Shown piece by piece: positions 17,580 through 27,031 of a stretch of DNA of 64,000 nt. The position numbers were made by a program, and so were the translations under genes. Origin of the DNA: Planctomycetota bacterium (GTDB lineage Bacteria > Planctomycetota > UBA1135 > UBA2386); contig CANMWZ010000005.1 of assembly GCA_947501605.1 (NCBI GenBank), forward strand, positions 64,001 through 128,000, in the 5' to 3' direction. The first letter of the stretch is position 1; each line of letters opens with the position of its first letter. The notes below the pieces were generated by a model, which saw nothing but the letters and a program-made list of their open reading frames with translations, searched no databases and had not been told where the DNA came from.

Positions 17580-19957
17580 TTTCGTCGACCGTGACCGAGA
17601 CCAAGACGATCGTCTACGACGACGCCGTCGTGAGGGGCTTCGTCTGGGCGTCCGTAGGCTGGGGCATCATCGGCCTCTTGGTCGGACTGCTGTGCGCGCT
17701 GCAACTCAGCTGGCCCGAACTGAACTTCGACCTGCCGTGGCTGACGTTCAGTCGCATTCGCCCGCTGCACACCAACGCGGTGGTCTTCGCCCTGGTCGGC
17801 AACATGATGTTTGCCGGCGTCTATCACAGCTCGCAGCGCTTGTTGAAGACGCGCATGGCGAGCGATCTGCTCAGCAGGGTGCACCTGTGGGGCTGGCAGT
17901 TGATCATCGTCGGCGCGGCTCTGACCCTTCCTTTTGGTATCACGCAGGGCAAGGAGTATGCGGAGCTCGAGTGGTTTCTCGACATCCTTGTCGTCGTGGT
18001 CTGGGTTGCGTTCGCGAGCAACTACTTCTGGACCCTCGGGATCAGGAACGAAAAGAACCTCTATGTGAGCATCTGGTTCTATATCTCGACGGTGATCACC
18101 ATCGCGGTGCTCTACATCGTCAACAACCTCGCGGTGCCCGTGACGGGCACAAAGAGCTACGGCGTGTTCAGCGGCGCGCAAGACGCGCTCACACAGTGGT
18201 GGTACGGGCACAACGCCGTCGCGTTCTTCCTGACGACTCCGATCCTCGGGATCATGTACTACTATCTGCCGAAGGCGGCGGACCGACCGGTGTACAGCTA
18301 CCGGCTTTCGATCGTGCACTTCTGGGCCTTGGTGTTTCTCTACATCTGGGCTGGCCCGCACCACTTGCTCAACACCGCGTTGCCGGAGTGGGCACAGTCG
18401 CTCGGCATGCTGTTCAGCCTGATGCTCTGGGCGCCGTCCTGGGGCGGCATGTTGAACGGGCTGCTGACGCTGCGGGGTGCCTGGGACAAGGTCCGCACCG
18501 ATCCGGTTCTGAAGTTCTTCGTCGCTGGCGTGACGTTCTATGGGATGGCGACCTTCGAGGGGCCGCTGCTCTCGATCAGGGCCGTCAGCGCGCTCGGTCA
18601 CTACACCGATTGGATCATCGGCCATGTGCACAGTGGTGCGCTCGGCTGGAATGGCTTCATGGCCGCTGGACTGTTCTATTGGCTGGTGCCCCGCCTCTAT
18701 GGCACGAAGCTGCACAGCACGAAGCTCGCTGACTTGCACTTCTGGCTCGGCACTGCAGGGATCCTGCTCTACGTCGCATCGATGTGGGTTGCAGGCATCA
18801 CTCAGGGCCTCATGTGGCGAGCTGAGACACCGGATGGCGGCCTCATGTATCCCAATTGGGCGGAGATCGTCGTCAAGTCGCGCGAGATGTATGCGATCCG
18901 CTGGTTTGGCGGCACGCTGTTCCTCGTGGGCTGGATCCTGATGGCCTACAACCTCGTCTGCACCGCGGTGTCGGGGAAGGCGGCCACGGTGTCGACCGAG
19001 GTCACGGTGTTGCGCCACGGAGTTGCGGTCGGCGAGCCGTCGACCTGGGGCATCCTGACCAGTCGACCGGTGATCCTGTCGGTGCTCGGGCTCGCGTCGG
19101 CCACGATGTTCGCGCTCGACAATGTCGGAGCGGCAGTGGTGGGCCTGATTGCGACTGGCGTCGTGCTCATTGGCAGTGGGATGTTGCTCGCCCGCACGAC
19201 AGCGAAGGGCAATCACAGTTGGCACGACTTGATCGAGCGGCGGCCGCTCGCGTTCTGCCTGCTGACGCTGGTGGCGGTGTTGGTGGGCGGCCTCATCGAA
19301 TTGCTGCCGGGCCTCGTGCTCGACAAAGAAGTGCCAATGACCGCGCAGGGCGAAATGTGTGTCAAGCCGTACACGGCGCTCGAACTGACCGGTCGCGACC
19401 TCTACGTCCGCGAGGGTTGCTATGTCTGCCACAGCCAGATGATCCGCCCGTTCCGCAGCGAGCAGTTGCGCTACGGCCCGCCGAGCCGCCTCGAAGAGTC
19501 GATGTGGGACCATCCGTTCCAGTGGGGCAGTAAGCGCACTGGACCTGACCTTGCCCGGGTCGGTCAGAAGGGGCTCACCGAGTCGTGGCACTGGCAGCAT
19601 CACAGCGCCCCGCGGTCGATGGTGCCCGAGTCGAACATGCCGAACTACGTGTGGCTCTACGACCAGAGCGCGAGTGTCGAAGTGGCTGCCGACAAGATGC
19701 GCGTGCTCAAGAAACTCGGTGTGCCCTACACCGACCAGGAGATCGCGAATGCCGCAGTCGACTACCGAACCCAGGCTTCGATGATCGTCGACAATCTGGT
19801 GCGTCAGGGTGTCGTCATCGCGAAGAGCGGTCAAGACCAAGCACAGGCCAAGGAGGAGGTCCGCGATCTCGAGATCACGGCGCTCATCGCCTACCTCATG
19901 CGCCTTGGCAAGAACCTCGAACCGGCGGCTCGCGTCGTCGACACGGGAGGCCGCTGA
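17576..19957 (+). CDS. ccoNO: Fused cbb3-type cytochrome c oxidase subunits I and II
   Basis: RPLHTN, QWWYGHNAV, WAGPHHL, IGHVH (CcoN); EGCYVCHSQMIRP, WGSKRTGPDLAR (CcoO). Confidence 0.97.
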   Translation: MISSTVTETKTIVYDDAVVRGFVWASVGWGIIGLLVGLLCALQLSWPELNFDLPWLTFSRIRPLHTNAVVFALVGNMMFAGVYHSSQRLLKTRMASDLLSRVHLWGWQLIIVGAALTLPFGITQGKEYAELEWFLDILVVVVWVAFASNYFWTLGIRNEKNLYVSIWFYISTVITIAVLYIVNNLAVPVTGTKSYGVFSGAQDALTQWWYGHNAVAFFLTTPILGIMYYYLPKAADRPVYSYRLSIVHFWALVFLYIWAGPHHLLNTALPEWAQSLGMLFSLMLWAPSWGGMLNGLLTLRGAWDKVRTDPVLKFFVAGVTFYGMATFEGPLLSIRAVSALGHYTDWIIGHVHSGALGWNGFMAAGLFYWLVPRLYGTKLHSTKLADLHFWLGTAGILLYVASMWVAGITQGLMWRAETPDGGLMYPNWAEIVVKSREMYAIRWFGGTLFLVGWILMAYNLVCTAVSGKAATVSTEVTVLRHGVAVGEPSTWGILTSRPVILSVLGLASATMFALDNVGAAVVGLIATGVVLIGSGMLLARTTAKGNHSWHDLIERRPLAFCLLTLVAVLVGGLIELLPGLVLDKEVPMTAQGEMCVKPYTALELTGRDLYVREGCYVCHSQMIRPFRSEQLRYGPPSRLEESMWDHPFQWGSKRTGPDLARVGQKGLTESWHWQHHSAPRSMVPESNMPNYVWLYDQSASVEVAADKMRVLKKLGVPYTDQEIANAAVDYRTQASMIVDNLVRQGVVIAKSGQDQAQAKEEVRDLEITALIAYLMRLGKNLEPAARVVDTGGR

Positions 19958-20139
19958 TGTTGCGACAATGGTTGTCCGGTGCCTCGCTGCTCGACCTCCC
20001 GGTGGTCGCGATGTGCCTGTTCCTCTTCATCTTCCTTGGGGTGTTGTGGCGCGTACTGCGGCGTGACACCAAACCTGGCTACGACCGCATGGCATGCTTG
20101 CCGCTGCAGGATGACGTGGCCAACAGGAGCCTGTCATGA
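19957..20139 (+). CDS. ccoQ: cbb3-type oxidase subunit IV
   Basis: 60 aa, one TM, C-terminal A.LPL.DD; translationally coupled on both sides. Confidence 0.8.
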   Translation: MLRQWLSGASLLDLPVVAMCLFLFIFLGVLWRVLRRDTKPGYDRMACLPLQDDVANRSLS

Positions 20140-20723
20140 CTACTGGTGAACTGCGCGAACACGCGTTCGATGGCATTCAGGAGTTCGACAACCGTCTGCC
20201 CAACTGGTGGCTCTGGACGTTCTACTCCGCGTGCCTGTTCTCGATTGGCTACTGGATCTGGTTCCACACGCTCGGGGTCGGCGAATTGCCACCCGAGGCC
20301 TACATGACCGAGCAGCGCGCAGCGGCCGCGGTGATCGAGGCCGAGGCCGCCAAGAACCCCGTCACCGAGGCATCCCTCAACAAGTTGGCCAGCGAGCCTG
20401 CCGTCGTTGCTGAGGGCGAGAAGATCTTCAAGACCGCGAGTCTCTGTGCGCAATGCCACGGTCCGGACGCCAACGGCATGGTCGGTGGCGTCAACGGCGT
20501 GGGCCCGAACTTGACCGACAACCGCTGGATCCACGGCGGTTCGGCAATGGAGATCTACCGCACGATCAGCGATGGTTGGCCGGAGAAGGGCATGGCATCG
20601 TGGAAGGGCTTTGGCCCGATGTTCGTGCAGCGCTCCACCGCCTACGTGCTGTCGCTGCGTGGCAAGAACCTGCCGGGGAAGCCACCGGAAGAGGGTGCCA
20701 CGGAGTACGCCGGCGGGAAGTGA
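20136..20723 (+). CDS. ccoP: cbb3-type oxidase subunit III, short mono-haem form
   Basis: HAFDGIQEFDNRLPNWW N-terminal motif; a single CAQCH; GPNLTD..WIHGG; GM..W. Confidence 0.92.
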   Translation: MTTGELREHAFDGIQEFDNRLPNWWLWTFYSACLFSIGYWIWFHTLGVGELPPEAYMTEQRAAAAVIEAEAAKNPVTEASLNKLASEPAVVAEGEKIFKTASLCAQCHGPDANGMVGGVNGVGPNLTDNRWIHGGSAMEIYRTISDGWPEKGMASWKGFGPMFVQRSTAYVLSLRGKNLPGKPPEEGATEYAGGK

Positions 20724-20772
20724 GGACTGCGACCGAAAGTCGTCCGGATCCAGTGGCGTTCGTCGATCGAAC

Positions 20773-22266
20773 ATGACCAGCGAGCAGGAGCCCTCAGCGC
20801 GGCAGAGTTCTGACTCTGGAACGGTGCCGCGTCCGACGGTGAAGACGGCCGTCGGCCGCGCACGTCGCCCCGACCTCGACACGCTGTTCAGCATCAACGA
20901 GGACGGTTCGCGCAATGCGATCCAACCAGCGGATTGCAGCGGGCGCTTTCAGCAGCGAAAGCAGGCGTTGTGGTACGTGCTCATCGGTGTCTACCTGCTG
21001 ATGCCGTGGGTCCGCATCGACGGCTACCCGGCCATCCTGATCGACATCGCGCGCCGCCATTTCCATCTGTTCGGACACACGTTCAACGCCCAGGACTTCT
21101 GGCTGGCGTTCTTCTTCGTCAGCGGCCTTGGCTTCACGTTGTTCGTGGTCGCGGCGTTGTGGGGCCGACTCTGGTGTGGCTACGCCTGCCCACAGACCGT
21201 CTTTCTCGAAGGCGTCTTCCGCCGCATCGAACGGCTGCTCGAAGGCAACGCGCCGGCGCGTGTGCGCCTGGACAAGAGCAGTCTGAATGCTCCGAAGTTG
21301 CTGCGTCGCGGCGCCAAGTTCACGATCTACCTAGCGATCTCGCTGGTCATCGCGCACTCGCTATTGGGCTACTTCATGCCCGTCGAGGAGGTTGTCGCCG
21401 CGATGACGTCGGCGCCGGGTGAGCATCTGACTGCCTTCGTGTTCGTGTGGGCGTTGACCGCGATCGTCTTCGTCAACTTCACGTGGTTTCGCGAACAGAC
21501 CTGCATCGTCGTTTGTCCCTACGGGCGCCTGCAAGGCGCGCTCTACGATCAAGACACGTTGCTCGTCGGTTACGACGAGAAGCGCGGCGAGCCACGTGGC
21601 CGAGCGGGCACGGAGAGTGCCGGCGATTGCATCGAGTGCTTCCGCTGCGTCGCGGTCTGCCCGACCGGCATCGATATTCGCAACGGCACCCAGATGGAGT
21701 GTGTCGGCTGCGCCAACTGCATCGACGCGTGTGATGACGTGATGACCAGGCTGGGCCGCGACCGTGGCCTGGTGCGCTACGACACGCAGCGCGGGTTCGA
21801 AACCGGGCGTCGGAAGTTCTGGCGGCCGCGCGTCTTTGCCTATGCGTTCTTGTGCCTGTTGGGCAGCGCGGTGTTTGCCCGCTCGGCGCTTCGCCGCACG
21901 CCGTTTGAGGCCAACGTCATCCGGCCACCTGGCTCGGCCTTCGTGGTCGAAGATGGCAGGTTGCAGAACCTCATGCAGTTGCACCTGGTCAACAAGCTGC
22001 CGACCACGGCAGTCTTTCGCGTCACGGCAGAAGGCCCGGACGGCAGTGACATCACCATTTCGCAGAGCGAACTGCTGCTCGAGAGCCTGCATGACCAGCG
22101 GATCCCGGTGGTCGTGCAGATGCCGGTGAGTGCGTTTGTCGAGGGCGCGGAGATCACGTTGCGCGTGCGCGCTGAGAGCCAGGGCGCGGCCGGATCCGAC
22201 CAGCTGCCGGCGTCGATCGAGATGGTCACCAAGGCCGCGATCCTAGGACCGAGGCAGCGCCGGTAG
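20773..22266 (+). CDS. ccoG: Cytochrome oxidase accessory 4Fe-4S protein (cupric reductase)
   Basis: GRLWCGYACPQTVFLE, CPYGRLQ, CIECFRCVAVCPTGIDIRNG.QMECVGCANCIDAC. Confidence 0.95.
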   Translation: MTSEQEPSARQSSDSGTVPRPTVKTAVGRARRPDLDTLFSINEDGSRNAIQPADCSGRFQQRKQALWYVLIGVYLLMPWVRIDGYPAILIDIARRHFHLFGHTFNAQDFWLAFFFVSGLGFTLFVVAALWGRLWCGYACPQTVFLEGVFRRIERLLEGNAPARVRLDKSSLNAPKLLRRGAKFTIYLAISLVIAHSLLGYFMPVEEVVAAMTSAPGEHLTAFVFVWALTAIVFVNFTWFREQTCIVVCPYGRLQGALYDQDTLLVGYDEKRGEPRGRAGTESAGDCIECFRCVAVCPTGIDIRNGTQMECVGCANCIDACDDVMTRLGRDRGLVRYDTQRGFETGRRKFWRPRVFAYAFLCLLGSAVFARSALRRTPFEANVIRPPGSAFVVEDGRLQNLMQLHLVNKLPTTAVFRVTAEGPDGSDITISQSELLLESLHDQRIPVVVQMPVSAFVEGAEITLRVRAESQGAAGSDQLPASIEMVTKAAILGPRQRR

Positions 22267-22393
22267 TTGCGGCCGACCGGGGCGGGGCCGATCGGTGCGG
22301 GCCGGGGGTAGACCCCCGTTGCATCGCGCCACCGCCCAGGCTACCTTGCTCCGCCCTTTCCGCCAGAACCGCCGCAAGAACGGATCCGTCCGC

Positions 22394-22615
22394 ATGGAAC
22401 AGAGCCTCCCGCAAGAGTTGGTCAAGCAGGTCGCCGGCTCATTCCGGCTAACCACCCTGCTGCAAAAGCGCGTGCGTGAATTGGTCCGCGGCCAGAAGCC
22501 GTTGTTCGAGACGCGAGAGCGCAACTACATCAAGATCGCCAGCGAGGAGCTGAAGCGCGGCTTGATCGAGCTGGTCCCCGACGAGGAAGCAAACCAGCAG
22601 TTGCCCGAACTGTGA
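22394..22615 (+). CDS. rpoZ: RNA polymerase omega subunit
   Basis: KQVAGSFRLTTLLQKRVREL..G.KPL...IA.EEL..G.I, matching the planctomycete-style omega pattern. Confidence 0.8.
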   Translation: MEQSLPQELVKQVAGSFRLTTLLQKRVRELVRGQKPLFETRERNYIKIASEELKRGLIELVPDEEANQQLPEL

Positions 22616-22905
22616 CCGCCCCCCGCTGACGAAATCGTCGTTGCCCCTGCGGGGTGGCGTTCGCAGCGCGGCACCCGTCCCGCCCGCCTGCCAGTTGCGT
22701 GTGCCGCTCCAAGGGCGCCTGCGGTGCCCGAGCCCACTGGGCAGAAGCGGCAGCTAGGAGCGAGCCAACGGCGACGGCGAATTGAGACCGCTGCGCCGCG
22801 CCTCTCGTTACCTGTCGGCTTCCGTCCCAGGATGAGACCAGCGTGGGACCGCTCGGACCAAACCCCGACCACAGCGCGACGGGGCCGACTGCCGATATCG
22901 GGCAC

Positions 22906-23862
22906 ATGCATGCGCGCATCCGCCTGACCTTTGCTCCGGCCTTCTGGCTCCTGACTGCGCTCCTGCCTGCTCAGCAGGTCGGGACCAAGCCAAAGCCGAC
23001 GCCGTCCCCAGGCACGCAAAAGCCGATCGTTCCGGATGCGCCGAAGCCGGCGACCGAACCGATCAAGCCCACGACGCCGGTCGTCAGCGGTGAAGCGCCA
23101 ATGGACCGCGAGCTCGACGCCATGCGCCAGCAGCTTGTCGACGGCCGCGTCTTCCGCAGTCACGTCCGGGTGACCGTTCGCCTGAAGAACGGCAATCGCG
23201 TGAACGGCGTCGTCAAGGATGGCTTCGTCATCGAGCGCATCGATGGCATGCGCTTCGTTGGCGCTGAGGCCAGCGAAGAAGGAGCTGGCGTCCGCATCTA
23301 CACCTACAACGGCCGGCGCAACTACATCTTCATTGCCTTTGGCGAGATGGAGGAGTACCGGATCAACGCGCGACTCGACACGCAAGAGCTGGCCCTGTTC
23401 GAGCGCAAGGTGCGCGATGACGAGCAAGCAAGGCTGAAGCAACGTGCCGCGGTGGAAGGCTCACCGGCGGTGCCCGCGGTCGAGGGCGAGACCGCGCCCG
23501 ATTCGCTCCCGGTCGACCCGGCGCCAGCCGCCGAGCCAACGCCGACCACGGAGCCGATCGCGGCCACCGAGGCGCCGAAGGCTAAGCCGCCGTCGGTCAC
23601 CGACGAGCTGCAGGCCATGTTCACGCTGCTGCAGGACTACCCGCCTGCCGACGGTTGGAACGCGCAGAAGCGGGATGAGATCGCGCGCCGCAAGGCCGTG
23701 GTCGGCGCCAACCCGAGCGCGAAGGAACAGAAGTTCGTCGATTCCTTCGGTGCGTGGGAGCGGGCGTGCGCGGTCCTCGGTTCCAAGACCGAGGCGAAAG
23801 AGGCGCCGGCTGCTACCGAGTCGGCGGAGAAGAGCTCGCGCCGCGGCAAGAAGAACCGCTGA
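22906..23862 (+). CDS. Hypothetical secreted protein (Pro-rich linkers, beta domain with VRLKNG..V.G, helical C-terminal domain)
   Basis: Signal peptide ...WLLTALLPAQQ; protein-like composition; fills the gap between rpoZ and fabD. Confidence 0.75.
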   Translation: MHARIRLTFAPAFWLLTALLPAQQVGTKPKPTPSPGTQKPIVPDAPKPATEPIKPTTPVVSGEAPMDRELDAMRQQLVDGRVFRSHVRVTVRLKNGNRVNGVVKDGFVIERIDGMRFVGAEASEEGAGVRIYTYNGRRNYIFIAFGEMEEYRINARLDTQELALFERKVRDDEQARLKQRAAVEGSPAVPAVEGETAPDSLPVDPAPAAEPTPTTEPIAATEAPKAKPPSVTDELQAMFTLLQDYPPADGWNAQKRDEIARRKAVVGANPSAKEQKFVDSFGAWERACAVLGSKTEAKEAPAATESAEKSSRRGKKNR

Positions 23863-23934
23863 TCGCAAGGGCGCGGCGGAATCCGTCCACTCGACGCTTG
23901 ATCGACCGGGCCGTGGCGCAGGAAGCTCTGCGCC

Positions 23935-24852
23935 ATGCAGCGCGCATTCCTGTTCACCGGTCAGGGCTCGCAGTTCGCGGGCATGGGCAAGGACCTCGCC
24001 GAACGCTTCCCCAAGGCCCGCGAGGTCTTCGCGGCCGCGGACGAGGCCCTCGGCGAGTCGATCTCCAAGACGTGCTTTGAGGGCCCTGAGGAGGCGCTTG
24101 GACTCACGACCAACACGCAGCCAGCGACGTTGACGGTTGCGATGGCCGCCTTCGCGGCACTCGGCCAGAAGCCGGATCTTGCGGCGGGGCACAGCCTTGG
24201 TGAGTACTCGGCGTTGTGCGCGGCCGGTGCCTTTCAGTTTGCCGATGCCGTGCGCCTGGTTCGCGAACGCGGCAAGCGCATGCAGTCCGCCGTCCCGGTC
24301 GGGACTGGCGGCATGGTCGTCATGCGCAAGATGGGCCTCGACGAGGTGAAGGACCTGGTTCAGAGGGTCGACGCGGGACTTTGTGAAATCGCCAACGTCA
24401 ACGAGCCAGAGCAGATCGTGGTCAGTGGTGCCATCGCAGCGATGGACCAGCTGGTTGCCCTGGCGCCGCCGCGCAAGGCGCTGAAACTCAACGTCAGCGT
24501 GCCGTTCCACTGCTCGATGCTCAAGGCGGCGGCTGTGGGCTTTGCCGAGGTCCTGGGGCGGGTCGCGATGAAGGACCTCGCCTTCCCGGTGTGGTGCAAT
24601 GTTGACGCCACGCCCAACACGACGGCGGCCGCAGCGCGCAACGCGCTCGAACGCCAGTTCGCCGGCGCTGTCCTGTGGCAACAGACAGTCGAAGGCATGC
24701 TCGCCGCCGGCGTGCGCCACTTCGTCGAGTGCGGCCCGAAGCCGACACTCGTCAACATGGTGAAGCGCATCGCACTCGGCAAGGGAATCGACGGCGTCGA
24801 GACGGTCGCGGCGACGAATGCCGCGGAGATCGAAGCGCTCGCAACCAAGTGA
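23935..24852 (+). CDS. fabD: Malonyl-CoA:ACP transacylase
   Basis: FTGQGSQ, TQPA, GHSLGEY, VSVPFH. Confidence 0.96.
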   Translation: MQRAFLFTGQGSQFAGMGKDLAERFPKAREVFAAADEALGESISKTCFEGPEEALGLTTNTQPATLTVAMAAFAALGQKPDLAAGHSLGEYSALCAAGAFQFADAVRLVRERGKRMQSAVPVGTGGMVVMRKMGLDEVKDLVQRVDAGLCEIANVNEPEQIVVSGAIAAMDQLVALAPPRKALKLNVSVPFHCSMLKAAAVGFAEVLGRVAMKDLAFPVWCNVDATPNTTAAAARNALERQFAGAVLWQQTVEGMLAAGVRHFVECGPKPTLVNMVKRIALGKGIDGVETVAATNAAEIEALATK

Positions 24853-25841
24853 GCGACGGTATCTCGCCGCTGCGGCAAGCACTCTGGCCCTTCAGCCTCT
24901 GCTATGGAGTGGTCGCAGCACTGCGCAACCTGGCGTTCGACGCGCGGTGGCGGCGGGTGCACCGGGCCGCAACGCCTGTGCTGTCCGTCGGCAATCTGTC
25001 CGTGGGTGGCACCGGCAAGACGCCCACGGTGCTGTGGCTCTGTGAGCTGTTGCGCGCCCGCGGCGAACGCCCAGGCGTGCTGGCGCGCGGCTATGGTCGA
25101 GCGCCGGGGGCGAAGCTGAATGACGAAGGTGCGATGCTCCAGCGCCGCCTACCGTGGCTGCTGCAGGAGCAAGATCCTGACCGCGTTGCGGGTGCCGCGC
25201 GACTGTCGGCACAGGGGGCGTCGGTGATCGTGCTCGACGACGGTTTCCAGCACCGGCGACTTCATCGCGACCTCGATCTGGTCTGCGTCGACGCCGAGCT
25301 GCCGTTTGGCAACAACCAGTGCCTGCCATCCGGGGATCTGCGCGAATGGCCGGGGAGCCTGCGGCGCGCCGACCTCGTGCTGCTGACGCGCGCCGGTGCG
25401 TTGACGGCGCCGCAGCTCCTGGCGCGCGTTCGCCGCATGCGCCAACTGGCCAACAAGCCGTCGCTGCCGATCTACGCCTGTGATCACGCCCCCGTAGACT
25501 TGCTCCACCAGCCCGCTGGCACAGTGCTACCGCTGTCGCGACTCGACGGTGCAGCGGTCGTGCTGCTGACCGCGGTGGCCCGACCCGACAGCGTGCGGCG
25601 CACGGCCCAATCGCTGGGTGCCAACGTCGTCGACGAGATCCGCTACCGCGATCACCATCGCTTCACGCCCGCCGAACTCGCCGCCGCAGACGCCGCAGCG
25701 CGCACGCATTCGGCGTTGCTGCTGACGACCGAGAAGGACGATGCGCGGATGCTCGATAGCGCCCACGAGAGGTTCGTTTTGCGCATTGGGCTGCACTTCC
25801 TCGAGGGTGCGCCCACGGCTCATGATTTGGGACTGCCATGA
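24849..25841 (+). CDS. lpxK: Tetraacyldisaccharide 4'-kinase
   Basis: SVGNLSVGGTGKTP, RGYG, DE, LDDGFQH, TTEKD; GTGA overlap with fabD. Confidence 0.95.
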   Translation: MSDGISPLRQALWPFSLCYGVVAALRNLAFDARWRRVHRAATPVLSVGNLSVGGTGKTPTVLWLCELLRARGERPGVLARGYGRAPGAKLNDEGAMLQRRLPWLLQEQDPDRVAGAARLSAQGASVIVLDDGFQHRRLHRDLDLVCVDAELPFGNNQCLPSGDLREWPGSLRRADLVLLTRAGALTAPQLLARVRRMRQLANKPSLPIYACDHAPVDLLHQPAGTVLPLSRLDGAAVVLLTAVARPDSVRRTAQSLGANVVDEIRYRDHHRFTPAELAAADAAARTHSALLLTTEKDDARMLDSAHERFVLRIGLHFLEGAPTAHDLGLP

Positions 25842-26767
25842 GAATCCGCCTTCGCCACCGTGTGGTTTACTGGCTCGGGCGCACAGCGATCGGCCTCGCG
25901 GCGATCGTGCCGCAGTGGCTCGGTTACGGCCTTGCTGCGGCGCTCGGGCGGCTCTACTTCCGCTGCAGTCGTCGCCGGCAGGACTGTGCGCTGCGGTTCT
26001 TGAAGGCCGCATACCCGGATCGAGGGGATCGCGAATTGTGGCGTCTCGGCGCGGTTGCGACCGGCAATGTGTTCAAGGTCCCGATCGATATGGCGCGGTT
26101 GACGAGCCTGCTCGCGCGCGGCGGTTCGCTACGTTCGGTCGTGGACATGAACCTGCTCGAGGGCGACTTGCCGAAGCAGCCCTACTTGGGCGTGACAGCG
26201 CATCTCGGCAGTTGGGAGATCGCCGCCGTGACGATGGCCTACCTCGCGGGCAACGCTCACTCGGTCGCGCGCGTGTTCAAGAATCCGCTGCTCGAACGGT
26301 GGATCTTGAAGAACCGGAGCATGAGTGGGCTGCACGTTCATCCGCGTCGAGGCGGCATCAAGCCACTGGCGGCCGCGTTGCGCGAGGGTGGCGTCGGGCT
26401 GCAGGTGGTCGATCAGCACCAGCGCCTGCGCGGCGTGATCGCGCCGTTTTTTGGGCGGCTGGCGAGTTGTGAACGCGCGGCCGCGAGCCTTGCTTTGCGC
26501 AGCGGCTACCCGATGGTGGTAGGGGGGGCGGTGCGCGTGGGCAAGGGTTTCCGTTTCCGCATGGTGCACGCGCCGGTGTTCGTGCCGAGGGACACGGGCG
26601 ATCGCGACGCCGACCTGCTGGCGACGGTGGTTGCGATCAACGAGCGAATGGAGGGTCTGATCCGCGCGCACCCAGAGCAGTATCTCTGGATCCACGATCG
26701 CTATCGCACGAACCTCGAAACCGACACGGGCCTCGAAACCGACACGAGCCTCGAAACCGAGCAGTAG
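25838..26767 (+). CDS. lpxL: Lipid A late acyltransferase (LpxL/HtrB family)
   Basis: AHLGSWE, DQ, FFG, E..IR..PEQYLWIHDRY. Confidence 0.88.
   Translation: MRIRLRHRVVYWLGRTAIGLAAIVPQWLGYGLAAALGRLYFRCSRRRQDCALRFLKAAYPDRGDRELWRLGAVATGNVFKVPIDMARLTSLLARGGSLRSVVDMNLLEGDLPKQPYLGVTAHLGSWEIAAVTMAYLAGNAHSVARVFKNPLLERWILKNRSMSGLHVHPRRGGIKPLAAALREGGVGLQVVDQHQRLRGVIAPFFGRLASCERAAASLALRSGYPMVVGGAVRVGKGFRFRMVHAPVFVPRDTGDRDADLLATVVAINERMEGLIRAHPEQYLWIHDRYRTNLETDTGLETDTSLETEQ
26713..26760 (+). repeat. 18-bp tandem repeat, about 2.7 copies, at the 3' end of lpxL (LETDTG-LETDTS-LETE)
   Basis: cctcgaaaccgacacggg / cctcgaaaccgacacgag / cctcgaaaccga. Confidence 0.9.
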
Positions 26768-27031
26768 GGCTGCGCGCCGCGCCACGGTCGAAGGTCGTCG
26801 GGCGGCACGCGGCCATGGCGGGGCGATGCCGGTTCCCTCGCTCCGTCGCTCGCACACGGCGCCCGCTCTGGAGTTTGGCAGTGGCACTCGATCCTGCCCA
26901 CAGTCGCGTTGGTGGTGCTGGTCTGCACCTAGAGCGCGCTCGTCCGGTGTGCCTTCCGTCGATGCGCTGCGGTCAACTCACGCTCCATCGTGGACGCGCG
27001 GCCCTCCGTCGCGCACGATGCTGCGCTCGCG

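Noticed and set aside
22616..22860. Structured ncRNA in the rpoZ downstream gap (also the 26768-27031 gap)
   Set aside because: No tRNA, tmRNA, SRP, 6S or riboswitch signature recognised; a covariance-model search would be needed to exclude one.
26713..26760. Short direct repeats as a possible CRISPR array
   Set aside because: Head-to-tail 18-mers with no spacers, in frame within lpxL, and no cas genes.
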